Source: Takakia lepidozioides
Lineage: Eukaryota > Plantae > Bryophyta
Length of the DNA stretch: 64,000 bases
Direction of reading: 5' to 3'
Assembly: GCA_030704615.1 (NCBI GenBank)
Contig: CM060731.1
Span: forward strand, 94,426,001 to 94,490,000
Position 1 is the first letter of the stretch. Every line of letters starts with the position of its first letter. This document shows, one piece after another, positions 50,840 through 64,000 of this stretch. The position numbers and the translations under genes are program-made. Under the pieces are notes generated by a model. It saw nothing but the letters and a program-made list of their open reading frames with translations, was not told the DNA's origin and did no database searches.

Positions 50840-52256
50840 CAAGAAGAGGGCCATGTTGCCATATCCATAGATCACTGCCCAAGTGAAGTCATTGAGCAAG
50901 GAAAATCTGATATGCAGCTAGGTAAAGCACTATCATGGATATGTCAAGAGAATATCATAAATCATTTCGAGAATGAATTCAGGAACTTGTAGTTCTTGAG
51001 AATGGTGGTGTCAACTACCATGTCACCCAAAGTGACATCCACTTGATCCAGGGCTGCCTTCACAAACATATCCACCAAGGCAGTGTTTAGAGTGACATCT
51101 AGTGATACAATTCCAGCTTTGACGATGTCACCATGGACCTTTGTGCCCTTTTTAGAGCTGCCAGGCTCACATTTGCCGTAGATGTACACCAAGGGAATGT
51201 TCATAATGAAATCTCGTACAATTCCAGCTTTGATAATGTCACTATGAACCTCTTTGCCTCTTCCCAGGGCTGCTAGGCTCGCATATGTATATTATAAACA
51301 CAAATGAACATGACATGGTCTGGCTTCATCCCTTCCCATATCATTTGCTTTTAGGTTTCCAAAGCCTTAATCCCATACCCATGCTGTACATACCTTGCAA
51401 TCATGGCACTCCAAAACACCACATCTCGTTCAGCCATGTTGTAGAACTCTCCCTTCGCATCAGGCTTGCTGCACCCACATTTGGCATACATGTCCACCAG
51501 GGCAGAGTTCAGAAGGACAACTGACATGCACTCTCTTGGCAGGAATAGCTGAAGGAGCAGGGATGGAATGTGGGTTCAGAGACATGCAAGAGGGCATTCA
51601 ACTTCCTATACCTTCCACGATCAGATCATATCGTCAACCTACGTCTGAAACTATGGATCAGTTCAGCTCGACTTCATACCATACTGATAAACTAAGCACT
51701 CCACACTGCTTTCTAGTACAAATCGATACCCTACCTTTGCTGACTTATGTACACAATAATCTTAGTATCATGTCAACGAGGACCTATGAATTGTACTTCT
51801 AGCCATCGCTAGTTTAGATACTCTATACACCTTGAGAGTTTCTGAACCGAAAGGTTCTCTCTCACTATCCATTGACTTCTTTCAGTGCGCACCCCGCACA
51901 TGCCATGATGGACTAGTCTCTTCTAAACACCAAGCACCGCAATGTTCAGCCCTACCATACATGCTCTCAGTTCAGAAAAAATGAAACCCATAACGCCCTT
52001 ACACTTCAAAATGAGACTCGCTACAAGCACAAAACTACCTATGATTCTTTGCCCTGCCCCCTATAAACCAAGGAAACAATTCAGCAGATTCAGATACTTA
52101 GCTCTGTCTCTTGCATGAGTGCATAAGGAAGAAAGCCTGCAAGCATCGCATTCCACGACACCACATCTTGTTCAACCATATTGTTGAACACTCATTTGGC
52201 ATCCTCAATGCACCCACATTTGGCATACATGCCACCAGGGCAGGGTTCAAGATGAC
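50840..52256 (-). pseudogene. Fragmented PLS-class PPR gene remnants
   Basis: VHGDIVKAGIVSLDVTLNTALVDMF. Minus-strand ALVDMYAKCG-like and DVV.W.AMIA-like segments at 51400-51520 and 52130-52250, with frameshifts and interruptions. Confidence 0.7.
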
Positions 52257-52900
52257 CACTACAACATATGAACGTTTTTATGACTGTACATATGACTATT
52301 TTTTCAGTCCTATATGCATTCATGACTACATCACTCTGTAGTGAAAAAAGCGGTGTGATAGCAACTAGTCTTTAGGACTGCATTTTGCAAAGTCATAGCC
52401 GTGACTGCGTGCGTGGCACCTAGAGTCATGCAAAAGAGACTGATGTAGTCACAGCTCTATGACTTACTTATGACTAACTATATGACTACATTGTCTGCTG
52501 AGCGTTGCCTACATGGAGAGGCTTTAGAGGAACACGTGCACCACTTCGCAAGTGACACATCACGCATCCATGAGGGGATCATATGACTGTATGTCTGCAA
52601 TGTGACGCCTGCATGGAGAGGCGCCGTAGATACGTGCGCCACTGCGGATTTGACACGTCACAACTTCTTGGCGTGATCATATGACTACATGTCTGCACAG
52701 TGATGCCTACATGGAGAGTTGTTAGTAGGACAGCTGTTGTACTTCAGATGTGACATGTGGCACTTAGACAGAATATATGACTAGCATATATGACTACTTA
52801 TCTTTACACGTGGTGAAAATATGGATAAAAGAATGTCGTGTCATATAATGCCACATGTTCTAGTTCGAGTAGGGTTTATGCCACATGTCATCAAGAATGT
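52257..52900 (+). mobile_element. CACTA-like terminus with ATATGACT subterminal repeats
   Basis: CACTACAACA directly interrupts a PPR fragment. Many (AT)ATGACT motifs and ~90-bp related units containing CATGGAGAG follow. Confidence 0.55.
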
Positions 52901-55384
52901 TATTTGAAAATAATTTAATAGTTTATATTCATAATTTTAAATTCTTAAAGTTTTATTTTATTTTAAAAAATAGGGGGATAACAGCTTGGTAAATTTTATT
53001 AAATGGTATTATTATTTAATTTATTAATGTTATATAAAGTGAAAATAGAATAAATGATTTAAATTCTTCATTACATGGTGAAATTCCAATAAACGGAATG
53101 GACCCCTCCTACATACTAGCAACCACAAGGACAATCAAAATAGACAAGTATAGGAGAATAAACGCCGTGTAAATTAAAATCCAAATGAGACCAATGTCCC
53201 AATGGACACCTCAAAGGCCAGAAGGTCCAAAAATCCATGCCTGAAAAGGCCCAGTAAGCAAAAAATAAGCAAGCCCACACATGGGCTGAATTGTTGTAGT
53301 ACTAGTTTGTTCTGGTGCTTCTAGAATCAAGGACCCTGTTAAACATTGCAATACTTCTTATCCCTTCTAAGGCTCCATGACTTTCAGCAACTTTAGACTC
53401 CAAAGCGTTGTCTGGCCAACCACCTGCCCCAATTCGGTATGTTTCGTTACACCATTCACATATGGTAGATGAGTGTTACTCACACTTGCCTCTTAGATGT
53501 ACACATAGGCATAGTCAAGGGGCACAGCAGGGCACCCATAACCCACCACAACACCTTGAAGAGCAACAATCAGCCCTACTCCAACTTTCTTGCGTTTGGA
53601 GTTCACATCCAGCAGCCGAACCGCGTCACCCACCTTGAACTGTGATCCCAACTCCACACAAAAACAACAAGTTGTGAAAACCCATGACCTGCACCACTAT
53701 GACACTCAACAGTTAGGAATTAAAGAGAGCCCCGAGGTTAGAAAAAAATGAAACAGACAAGAGGAGGCCCTGGACTTACTCCATTTGCAGTCTCGAGTGG
53801 TTGTGAGACCTCCTTTGGGGGGCTGCTTGGTATGTCGATAGTCTTGCCCCCTGGCCTTTACTGGGTTGTCGACAAGGCCACCTTTCTTATGTCATAGACC
53901 AGAAAACAACCTTGTATTAGTGAAGCCTCAAGGAAGAGTGAACAGAAAACAAAACCCAAGCATGAATCAAACGAGAAAACCTAGCATGAAGACGTGCAAA
54001 GACAACCTAGCATTAATGAAGCAACTGAGGATAAGCATCCAGGAAAGCAATGCAATGAAAGAACCCACAAATGTTGAAGCTCACAAGTTTAGCGTCAGAA
54101 TGTTTGTACCTTCTCAATAGGACATGAAGCAGAGTTGTATGGTTGTTGTCCCAAAACAGGCTGAGACTCCAAAAAAGCTGGAATACTGGCAACTTTCGAT
54201 GCTGTCAAGTTAAATAAGCACAGTGTGAAACTAACTAGAATAAAGCTAGTTATTTGTATTTAACATTTGGATTTAAGCCAAGTGTTAAGTCAGGTGTCAA
54301 GTTTAGTTTGACACCTGAACCGTCTTATTTTCACGAGAGCGTCAGTTGCGCAGCTCATCTCTCTCGAGTTGAGCCTGCGCGACCGAGCTCCTTCACGCTT
54401 TAGAATCTGAGTGTGCTTATGTAGGGGTATAGGTTGTTGTGGGGTGGAGTCCCCATAGCTTGGGGTGCCCCTGGCTCGACTATTATCTTAAAGAGTGATA
54501 GCGATGGATTTCATGTTTCTTGTGTGAACAGTGTGTCTTTAGCTTTCTTATCACTCGAGAGAGATGAGCCTATCTAGTTTTTCAGTGCTAAGCTAGATAT
54601 TATGTTTTTGTTTTTTTTAAGCACTATTATAATATAGCTTGATCACGGGGATCAGAACAGGAGGCTTGAGATGTTGCTGCGATTTCTATCAACCGGTGGT
54701 TATATCTAAGAGTGGGGTGTGTGGGCTGCGCTGTTGACTGCTTGGCTGGATGAGAACCGTGCACCGCCGTAGGCAGGGAAGGCGTCAGCTGATCTGAAGA
54801 ATCGAGCTGATTCTGCTGCCTGCACCAGCAAGAGAAATCTGGAGGATGGTACCGACCAGGCAGAGAATCTTGGCTCGACTATCCGACAGCAGGCTGAGAA
54901 TCTGAAAGAAGCTGTGTCAATTTGAGTGCTTTTGGGCAGTTGGGTGAGCGGAAGGTACTGGCCTTCACGGCCATCGGGCCTCACTGTGGGGTAGTGAAGC
55001 TGAGGGACGTGTGGATAGGCCTTTGGGCAGTGTTGCATTTCATCAATTTTGGACATGCTGAGGCCAATGCTTTGCAGTTCGAATCCGGAGCGTTCTTCTT
55101 CAATGAGTGGTAGCTCGGCGTCCACAGCATGCTGCTCAAACAAAGAGTAGCCCATCCAGAATCGCAGCATGTTGGAGAAGCTTGAGGAGTCGCGCCAGTG
55201 AAGCTACTGGCGAGGTGCGAGGTGCGTGTGGTGATCCGGTAACTGGCCCAGGCGTATGGAGAGGCTGCGGGGGCGTGGTGTCTGTGGCGCCGGGGGCCTT
55301 CTCGTTGAGGGCCTTCGCTGGTGTGTTGAGCAGGCCAGTGGGCTTGTTGGGGGAGAAGGATTATGTGGGCTGTGCATAAGGGGT

Positions 55385-55968
55385 ACTAGCTGGGCAGCAG
55401 TGAAAGTACCGTAGTAGATGGTATAAATGTTAAGAGTTCCATTTGTCCCTACAAGAACGGGCCCATCGTGATAAGGCACAACAATGGGGGTTGGGTTTAC
55501 AAGGAACTTAGAACTCCCTATAGCTGTCGCAGTGGTCGGATGATCGTGCCGCCGGACTTTAGCAGCGTTCGCCCACCTGTTGCGAAAGGGATCAGCATCA
55601 ACATTAGCCTTACCCATTTTCCTTACACCAAGCACCTGGTCGAAGTCCACCTCCGACTCGGGCAGCAGCGACCCAACATTCCCATGCCAAGGCCAGGAAA
55701 CCACTGCGATGAAGATGAAAGTGGACAACACCCTGATTACAATGTTCCGGTTCCGGATCGACGCTGAGAACGACCTATTCTGTATCTGTGCTAAGGCATC
55801 TTTCACAGACGACGGCTGAGCCCTGAGCTGAGTAGACGACGGACTCCCTTTCAACATGGAGTTCGATCTTTGCAACATGGGTGCTGCCTCCTTCAGTGTA
55901 GACGAAGACCTTTGAATCGCTGCCATCGACTCTCTTACGCTAGACGAACTCCTTTCCAACTGGGCCAT
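55385..55968 (-). pseudogene. EXORDIUM/PHI-1-like gene, 5' fragment
   Basis: Hydrophobic segment VLSTFIFIAVVSW, then FLVNPTPIVVPYHDGPVLVG..GTLNIYTIYYGTFTAAQ (PHI-1 N-terminal motif). Homology stops abruptly. Confidence 0.75.
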
Positions 55969-56462
55969 ATACAAGCTACAAGCCCGAGCCAATGCCCGTC
56001 TTCACACACACAATGCAGGTAACGTTTGGCTTAGTTCAGCTCAAGTATTCTTCCACTTGATAAACAAATGCGTTTTCAAGTTAGCGGACTGTACAAATAC
56101 TCCATGCTCCGCCAAGCAGTTCTGATCCTCATAATGCAAGACTTCGGTGAGTTCCACGGAATAGACCATCTACCCATGGAGGTTTCTTGTAGTTATTGAT
56201 CCCCTTCAACACACAGAGGGTCAGCTGCAACGACAATGTGATGGCCTATCCACCTTCCAACAGTCGATATGCCAATTGGGTCACATAAAATGTAACTTCA
56301 CAGCACCCTCTGCAACCCTGGTTCTCCTTGACCTTCTCTGTTCCTCCCCAACAGCTCCCACAGCACCGTTATGCCCTCTTCTACAACACAGAGCTACCAC
56401 AAATCTGTCAGCAGCAGCAGTGAAGAGGAGGCCAGAGCCTCGTACCTTCTAATCTCGCTCCT

Positions 56463-56650
56463 ATGAACTTCGTTCCTGCACCTGCGGAAAAGGGTGTCGC
56501 AGGGTTTCTGATCAACTTTCTTATGGGTGGAGTCTTTGCAGCTGTGTCTAAGATTGCTGCGGCTCCCATCGAGCGAGTGAAGCTTCTCACCCAGAACCAA
56601 GATGAGATGCTGAAATCAGGTCGCCTTGCAGAGCAGTTCACCAGTGTTTG
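56463..56650 (+). pseudogene. Mitochondrial ADP/ATP carrier fragment
   Basis: [48 protein letters not shown] is the plant AAC first-repeat signature. Truncated. Confidence 0.88.
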
Positions 56651-59600
56651 AAACACCTGTAGGTGAAATCCAGGGAATCTGTGAAAACTACATGGACGTG
56701 TTGGGAACTTGTAGGTGACTTGGGAACAGTTTTTAATGGCGAAAACGTTTTGGTGTTAAGAAAAAAAAACCTTTTGATCTAATTTAAATGATTTAGAGCC
56801 TAATTGGTCATAACTTTGTCAAATGGACTCCGTTTGACTCAGTTTTTGGGGGGATAGCTGCAGAAAGGGGAAATCTACCTATCTAGATCTGGTTTTTGTT
56901 TTTGGGACTCTGCTAAAAATCTATGGAATTTTTAGAGTGTGAGTGTGCCATGAAAGATCCACAATTCTGTTTCTAGAACCTGTGCTGGTCTATATGAGAG
57001 ACAAATCTGTGGATGTCCTCCTTGTATGGCTGGGGGAAATGAGGCCGTAGTTGAAGGGCAGGTCTCGTCTCTTAGCCTATGCACACAAGGGGACAAGATT
57101 TATGTTTCCCAAGGAACTCAGACTGATTTGAGTGGAGAACAGTTGGACGAGTTGATTGCATACTGGGAGTCAGGCATTAGCAGTGGACAACAAACTGTTG
57201 TAGTTGGCGTTGAGGGCCTCAATATTGCTTTGGACAGTCAGAACTCTGTTGGAGCCAGCAGTTCTGCAGCTGTAGGTGAAATACCAAAGTAGGTGAAAGC
57301 TAGGCTTGGAACACAGCCAAAGACAGCCCCGGGGACCAAGGTGTTCAGCCACAAGGCTGTGGTGTACTGGAGCAGAGGAGCAGGAGCTACACAAGTTTGT
57401 GCAATCAGACATGGTTGCAGCCGGACACACTCTGCACAAGGCAACCACGAGCGGGGGTTCATTAGCAAGGACAAGTTTGTTATGTTTGAAGGAGATGCAG
57501 TCATTCGCAATGAGGACACCCGCAACCGTCTCAAAGCTTTTGAGTTGAGAGACTATCAGACCCTATTTTTTGTTTCTTTAGTGTTCAGTGAGCGGGAGAT
57601 ACCAGAGTGTTGTTTTGTCTCTACCTGGCAGAAAGAGGAGGAGGGTTGGTTAGAGCGAGCTACTGTAGCTTGGGACAAGGTTAGTGGCAGGTTTCTGGAC
57701 ATAGATATACCTCCTACACCTTACTATCATGCAGAGCGAGGCACTTTGAGAGAAGTCTGGCAGTTGATAGCATAGATCAGGATTAGATCTTGCTGGGTCA
57801 GGCTCCTATTCTTCCCCTCCATCTCTGTACTATTTTCATTACCTTGTACTTGTAGTTGCCAAAACCTCTCTTGGTGGAGGCCAGTCAGTCCGGGGTTTTG
57901 GGCTGGGATATTCTGCAGGTCAGCACTGCAGATGGATTTTGGTGTGGGGGTGTTGATGTTTTGATTTCTTGTGTTTGGATCCCCCCAACACCTGCATGCT
58001 TGACTGTGCGCCATGTTGGTTTTGTGTGGGCGCTTGCTTTCATAGGGATTAGGCCGGATTTGATCACCGGTCAATCCTAGAGTATGCTGTTGGTGGTGAG
58101 GCTGGAGTGATGACCAGCAAGACCACCAGTGTTTCTTCTATGGTGAGGCTGGGTTGATGACCAGCCAACCATAAGAGTTCTTGCGGTGGATGCAGGTGCA
58201 GGTGCCCTGAGCCACTAGGATATGACCCTTAAACTGCAACAGGTGCCCACCCGTGTCACTATTAGAATTAGTACTAGAGCATTATAGTGTCACGTGGGGG
58301 AGGTGCACATTGTGAGTGTCATCACGGAGTTACCCAAGGGTTTTGAGGGGAGTACGGCTACAGGCAGTAACAGTGAGAGTGGGTTCACAAGACAAGGTAT
58401 TCGGTTCAGACCACCTTCACCTCCACCCTCAACTAGTGTAGAGTCAGACACAGACTCGGAGGCTTCATCAACAGGTGTGCAGTTTCATTCGCCATTGTTG
58501 TGGGACGACATGGAGGAGATGTATGGAGCTACCAAGGGGCCTCGTAGGTACTCTGGAGCTGTGGGCACAATCGAGTTGGATGACTTTATCCAGGAATTTG
58601 ACAGCTGGTGTGATTTGCAGCAGATGCGCAATCCACAGCTATTCACCCCATTCATGGCGTGGAAGGGACTGTTCCAGCATTTGGAAGGCCCGCCTATGGA
58701 CGATTACCACGAGTTCAGGCGAGGACATGAAGCAGAGATTGAGGAGTGGTAATGGTCACCTGACTACGTCTCCATTACTCGAGGCACGACGCGACCAGTA
58801 GCTGCATCAGTACCAATATCTCCCACTGCCAACACTAGTAGTGGAACAAGTAGTGTCGGTACTTCTGCAGGTGGTACCAGTTCAAAAGGTGCTACTACTC
58901 CTCCTGCCACGACTACAACACATGTGCCTAGATTCAACCCGGTGGTGGAGTTCTTCCAGGAGTTGCGGAGGAACTACCAAGGTGTACGGACTGAGAAGCT
59001 GCGAAGTTTGCAAGACTTCCAGCGCAAACCCAGTGAGAGCCTACGAGAGACGTACACTCGTATGAGGCGCTTGATAAGTGTGACCCAAGGGGTTACTGAA
59101 GCTCAGGCAATCCAGTTTTGGTATGGAATTCTGGACAAGGAGCTCAAGAGAAGGGTGCGAGATGCAACCCTGTTACAAGCAGCCCAACCCACATTAGCAT
59201 ATGTGTTTCTGCTGGCTGAGCGGATTGAGCTCAACATGGTGGAGGAGCGAGTTATTACCATTGGATTTGGCAAGGACATGCCTGCATGAGGTGTAGCTTC
59301 CAGCCCACAGGCACAAGGGACTGCCCAACAACGTGGTCAGGGGGGCAAGGTTTCCCAACCCGAGTTTCATGGAGCTTACAGGGGACCTCAGGTGCAGAGG
59401 CCTGTGGCATCTTTTGCAGGCCAACAGCAACCAGGGGTGATATGTTGGACATGTGGAGGACCCCATGTCAAGAGAGATTGCCCAGAGAGTGGCAAAAGGC
59501 CGGCACAAGCACAGCCTGCACAGTTGCAGTGTGGGCATTGTGGCAAGTATGGGCATGGAGATGCCCAGTGTTATGACTTGCATCATGAGTTGCGCCCAAG

Positions 59601-62600
59601 CCAGTTCCAAGGGAACAATGGTGGCCGGGGGCGAGGTGGACCAGCCCAGAGAGGACGAGGTGGTCGGGCACGAGGTGCAGGCCAAGGGCAAGCTCAACAT
59701 GGCCAAGGACGCGGAGGTCAGGGTGTTGACCAAGGCATGGCCAACCGGCTTCAGCAGCTAGAGCAGAGGCTCGCTGCCATGGCTACAGCTCAGGCGGTAC
59801 CGGCTCCCAGGCGGGATGGTCCACCTCCTGCGCCTGAGGGAGGAGATATGGGAGGCATGGGATTCATGTGCAGAGCAGCACTACCACTAGTGCAGGTAGA
59901 GTCTGCTGCAGCCGTGACTTGAGGAGCAGCACGAGTTCCTGAGCCACGAGGTGCAGAGGTGGAATTGGATCCATAGCGTGGGGAGGCAAGCCGTCAGGCG
60001 AGGCTTCCTCAGTCATTCACATTGGCGGAGACAGTGTCGACGCCATCCATGGCACCTAGTTCTCGCCCGACTGTTACCGAGGCAAAGGTTACTATGCCAT
60101 TGGGGAGAGCTACACGTGCATCACTGACACCTGCTACTAAGGCTAGTGCAGCAGGTGTGTTGTTGGGGGCAGCCACCTCTGTGTGTCAAGCCCACTGTTC
60201 TCGGCAACCATGATTGCGACGCCGGGGGTAAGACCAGCTGCAGTGTTCAGACTAGCAGCACACTCTGTGAGAGTGGGGAGGTCACTTCATCTTCTGCGGA
60301 GTTAGTGGAAGGTGTAGTGGCAGAGGGATCCTCGGATTTGAGGGTCAAGACTGCCACGGCTGCGCCATGGCAAGCTGCAGCTGCCAGGTTGACGGAGCTG
60401 CCAGCTATGCCAGCCTTTGAGCGCGCCATGGTAACACCTGGAGTTGTCTTGTTAGACAACCAGGATGGCATTTTCACTGTGAGTGGACCGGTAGGCAAGA
60501 GGTACCGGCCACTGCGGGTCTTGTTGGACTCGGGAGCTCAGCCACAGATGTTGGGCAGAGCTGCTATTGCAGGTTTGGGCCTCATGGAGGCGGATATGGA
60601 GCCTTGTCCTTTCCAGCTACAAACATCTCTGGGAGGATCAGAGCAGGCTCGGGGCATGACACGGCGTGAGTTGGCCATTGGACTACAGTCGGATCACCCT
60701 ACAGATGGCTCAGTGATGCGAGCCAAGGCCATTGTGACAGACGCGGTCTTGTACGATGTCCTGGTTGGTGGGGCAGTGTTGTACCCCATGGACTTCACCC
60801 TAGATTTTTGGGAGGAGTCAGCTTTTTATAGGCCTGGATGGCAGTCAGGGGAGGGTCGTCGTGTACAGCTCCCTGTGACATTCATTGGAGGTATTGCGGC
60901 TGCCCAGCGGGGCAGGATGCCAATACTAGCTGCCTTTACAGCTGCAGTTAGTTGGCCTGGAGAGTTGCTGGAAGGCAATGCCCATGCAGAGGATGTGCCA
61001 CCTTCAGCAGAGCAGGATGACATGCATGGTACGGCGGAGTTGCCTGCCATGGTTGCTCACACTCCATTATGGGGTACGAGCAAGGATTTGCAGCAGGCTG
61101 CTGATGGACGGGTGCAACAAGCCTGGGTAGAGGCCTTCGTACCGTCAAGAGAAGAGGAGAGTGCGGTGATTGCACCAGGACCACCTCAGTTGTCGCCATT
61201 GGATACCACACCTCTTGTGTAGCAGTGCCTGGATGAAGGCATATGCCTTCTGGACTTGTTTGGCGGGATCAGCACTGGATTGGCTGTAGTACTGCAGGCA
61301 GGTGTACGAGTTCGACGTTCCTGTATGTGGAGAGGGATGAGACTGCACGACACGTTTCACTGCGTCATGTTGCTTAGTTGGTACAGCGGTACCCTGATTT
61401 GTTGCCAGTGTCTGCAGTTCGTGGATACCAACAAGCCTTGTCAGCAGACATTTCGTTGCTGGGGGCGCAAGATTTGGAGCAGGTTGGCTCCATTGATCTG
61501 GTAGTGGCAAGTTGGCCCTGCCAAGGGCATTCATCAGCCGGGCATGGCAATGGATTGCGAGACTCGAGGACGGGTCTATTTTGGGAGATGATGCGGGTTT
61601 TGCGCCACTTGCAGCTTCATCAAGCTGTATCTCCAGCATACATCTTGGAGAATGTGCCACTGATGGGTGATTCTCGGGCCAGTGTGCATCAAGTCCGGTC
61701 ATGGCTTGGGTCAGCAGTGTTGCTGGATGCAGTTGCAGTGGGATCACGGGCTCATCGTCCACGGTTATGGTGGACTAACTTGATGCCACCCGCACTGCTC
61801 AAGCGTGCATTTGATGGGGTGCAGTGGCCAGCACACCTCACAGTGGATAGCATTTTGGACACAGGGAGGCAGTCTCAACGTGTGAGACACGATGACCGTT
61901 TGCCTTTGGCAGTGGTCAACAGGGTGGGTCAACCACGAGCACATACCTACACTGCTCAGCTTCCCAGGATCCCATGCTTTTCGGGATGGTGGACCTGGCC
62001 TCTTGTGAGATAGCCAGTTGCAACAATTAGTGGAGCCCAATGCTGACGAGCGCGAGCGGGCGATGGGTTTTACCACTAGTACCACGGCGGTGCCATCTCT
62101 TTCTGAGGCATGACGTCGTCAGGTGTTGGGGCAAGCAATGGATCTCAATTGCTTGACCTGGATTATCAGCTTGGCTATGGCTGAGCAACACAGAGTGCGA
62201 AGTACACTGCCCTTCATGGTCTCCCTGCCTACCGAGACAGTACAGGCAGCGAGTGGGGACGAGCAGGTGAGAACCACAAGGTGCAGGCTGCATCCATGGC
62301 ACACGTGGGAGGTGCTCGAGGTTCATAAGGAGTTGGTAGCCAAGGCGGCGGTGATGGATCAGGTTGGGGATTTTTCTCGGGTTGAGGAGGTCCTCAAGGA
62401 TGGGATGATGGGGCAGGGTGAGACATTGTCACTGATACTGCTCAAGAGGTTGCAGCATAGCAACCATGGGACGCGTCTTCTACCTCTAAGCCTGCTGGAC
62501 TCAAGGTTGCAGTCACGGAGGACAATTGGGAGCCTGACATTGGACCCATTGTCGCCGGAGGAGAGAGACGATGTATACGGCGGTTACTGAGGGCTTACAG

Positions 62601-64000
62601 GAATTGCTTTGCCTTCAGTTTGAAGGACTTGGGAGCATTGAAGGGTCAAGAGATCCGTATTGAGTTGGCCACTGACACGCCAATCTTTCGGAGACCCTAT
62701 AGATACAGTGACATGGAGAGGTCTTTGATTCAGATGAGGACTCAAGATCTCTGGGAGGCAGGTTTGGTGAAGCTCTCTGGTGGAGAGTATGCTTCAGCCA
62801 CAGTGATGCCAGCCAAGAAGGATGTCTATGGCAATTGGACGGAGAGACGTATGTGCAGTGATTACCGGCCTGTAAATCGTTAGACCAAGTCCGATAGGTA
62901 TGCCATGCCAACACCAGAAGAGATCTTTGATGCCATTGGGCATGCCAAGGTCTTTAGCACGTTGGATTTACGATCCGGATATCACCGGTTGCCGATCAAG
63001 GAGGCGGATAAGCAAAAGATGACATTCTGGGGGATCAATGAGCATGGGAAAGATTGCCTATACCAGTGGCGGTTCTTACAATTTGGGCTTAAAAACACTC
63101 CTGCTGAGTTTCAAAGAGTCATGGACAGGATTCTAGCAGGGGTGGAGTTTGCTCGGTGCTAATAGATGACATCATCATCTTTAGTGCTACGGTGGAGGAG
63201 CATGAGAGACACCTTCAGGGGGTATTTGAGCGCTTGAGGGCGCACGGATTGAAGTTACATCCGGGAAAGTGCAAGTTTTTCCACAACCAGATGGAGTATC
63301 TGGGTCACACGATATACCCTGGAGGATTGGGGATACAGCAGACTAAGGTAGAGTCCATTGCACAGGTTCCACGCCCCACGGATGTGAGCCGAGTTCGAGC
63401 TTTCATGGGGTTAGCAAACTATTATAGACGGTTTGTTAAGGGATTTAGTGCCATTGCAAAGGCTCTAACCAAGCTGACCAAGGTGGACCAGGAGTGGCAG
63501 TGGGAAGATGAGCAAGAACAAGCTTTTCAAGAGCTCAAGGCGAGGTTGACCTCGGCGCCCATCTTGAGACGACCTATCAGGGGGCGTCATTTTCAGCTGC
63601 ATACAAATTGGAGCATGCTGGGGCTTGGAGCGGTGCTCACACAGGTGGATGATAAGGGAAGAGAGTTCGTAGTGGCTTATGCTAGTCGCTCGAACAACGC
63701 GGCAGAGTCTAAGTATAGCTCATATGAAGGAGAATGCTTAGCTGCAGTGTGGGCCGTGGCACACTTCAGGTGCTATCTATACGACAATCTCTTCACCCTT
63801 GTCACGGATCACCAACCACTCAAGTGGTTGATGGAGTCAGACAAGCTTACGGGGAAGCTTGCACGGTGGGCACTCATCCTTCAAGAGTATGACTTTCAGG
63901 TTGTGCATCGACCGGGTTTGATCAATCGCAATGCAGATGGGTTGAGTCGCAATCCATGCATGAGCCAGCAGGATGACACTGGAGCTCGGTGGCATGGTGA
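56651..64000 (+). mobile_element. Ty3/Gypsy retrotransposon carrying a C5 DNA methyltransferase (degenerate; runs off the window; 5' boundary uncertain)
   Basis: Gag ~58294-59920 with two Zn knuckles (CWTCGGPH...C, CGHCGKYGH....C), protease VLLDSGAQ at ~60520, MTase 61240-62170, RT 62620-63320 (FSTLDLRSGY, IDDIIIFS) and RNase H 63590-63950 (VVAYASR, YSSYEGECLA, TDHQPL). Confidence 0.88.
61240..62170 (+). pseudogene. C5-cytosine DNA methyltransferase domain inside the Gypsy pol region
   Basis: Motif I LDLFGGI, IV WPCQG, VI ILENV, VIII AHRPRLWWTN, IX EP...ERERAMGF, X LGQAM. Frameshifts and stops are present. Confidence 0.9.

Overview
This is a transposon-dense window from a eukaryotic nuclear genome, most likely a non-seed land plant (bryophyte-like; inferred from FKBP18, PLS-PPR, EXORDIUM, chromovirus and CRE-LINE content). 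It has one clearly intact host gene, a six-exon chloroplast FKBP18-type gene at 29334-33071 (minus strand), and a 500-N scaffold gap at 25628-26127. The main result is a large putative Mutator-like DNA transposon family seen in three partial copies: A (1-4970), C (10758-~13250) and B (16471-25627). It combines four parts. (i) A GCM1-type zinc-finger transposase with a MULE-like 'TNxAExxH' motif on the plus strand. (ii) A divergently oriented 10-exon gene of about 1,400 aa fusing a ParB/Srx-like domain (DGNHRL) to a beta-class amino-(N4C/N6A) DNA-methyltransferase-like domain. (iii) About 50 copies of a 24-bp palindrome, CGGAAATGCGGCGCCGCATTTCCG, mostly spaced at near-integer helical turns (32-33, 53, 63-64, 74, 83 bp), plus single copies in three introns of the fusion gene. 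(iv) A shared G-run/CTG(T/C)TATTTCATGAGC terminus. The window also holds a chromodomain Ty3/Gypsy with a solo LTR and a split target-site duplication, a full-length degenerate Copia, CRE-type and L1-type LINEs, CACTA-like ends, and host gene fragments (RtcA, PPR, EXORDIUM, ADP/ATP carrier). A second Ty3/Gypsy carries a C5-cytosine methyltransferase between its protease and RT. All family assignments come from motif recognition by eye; no database searches were run.
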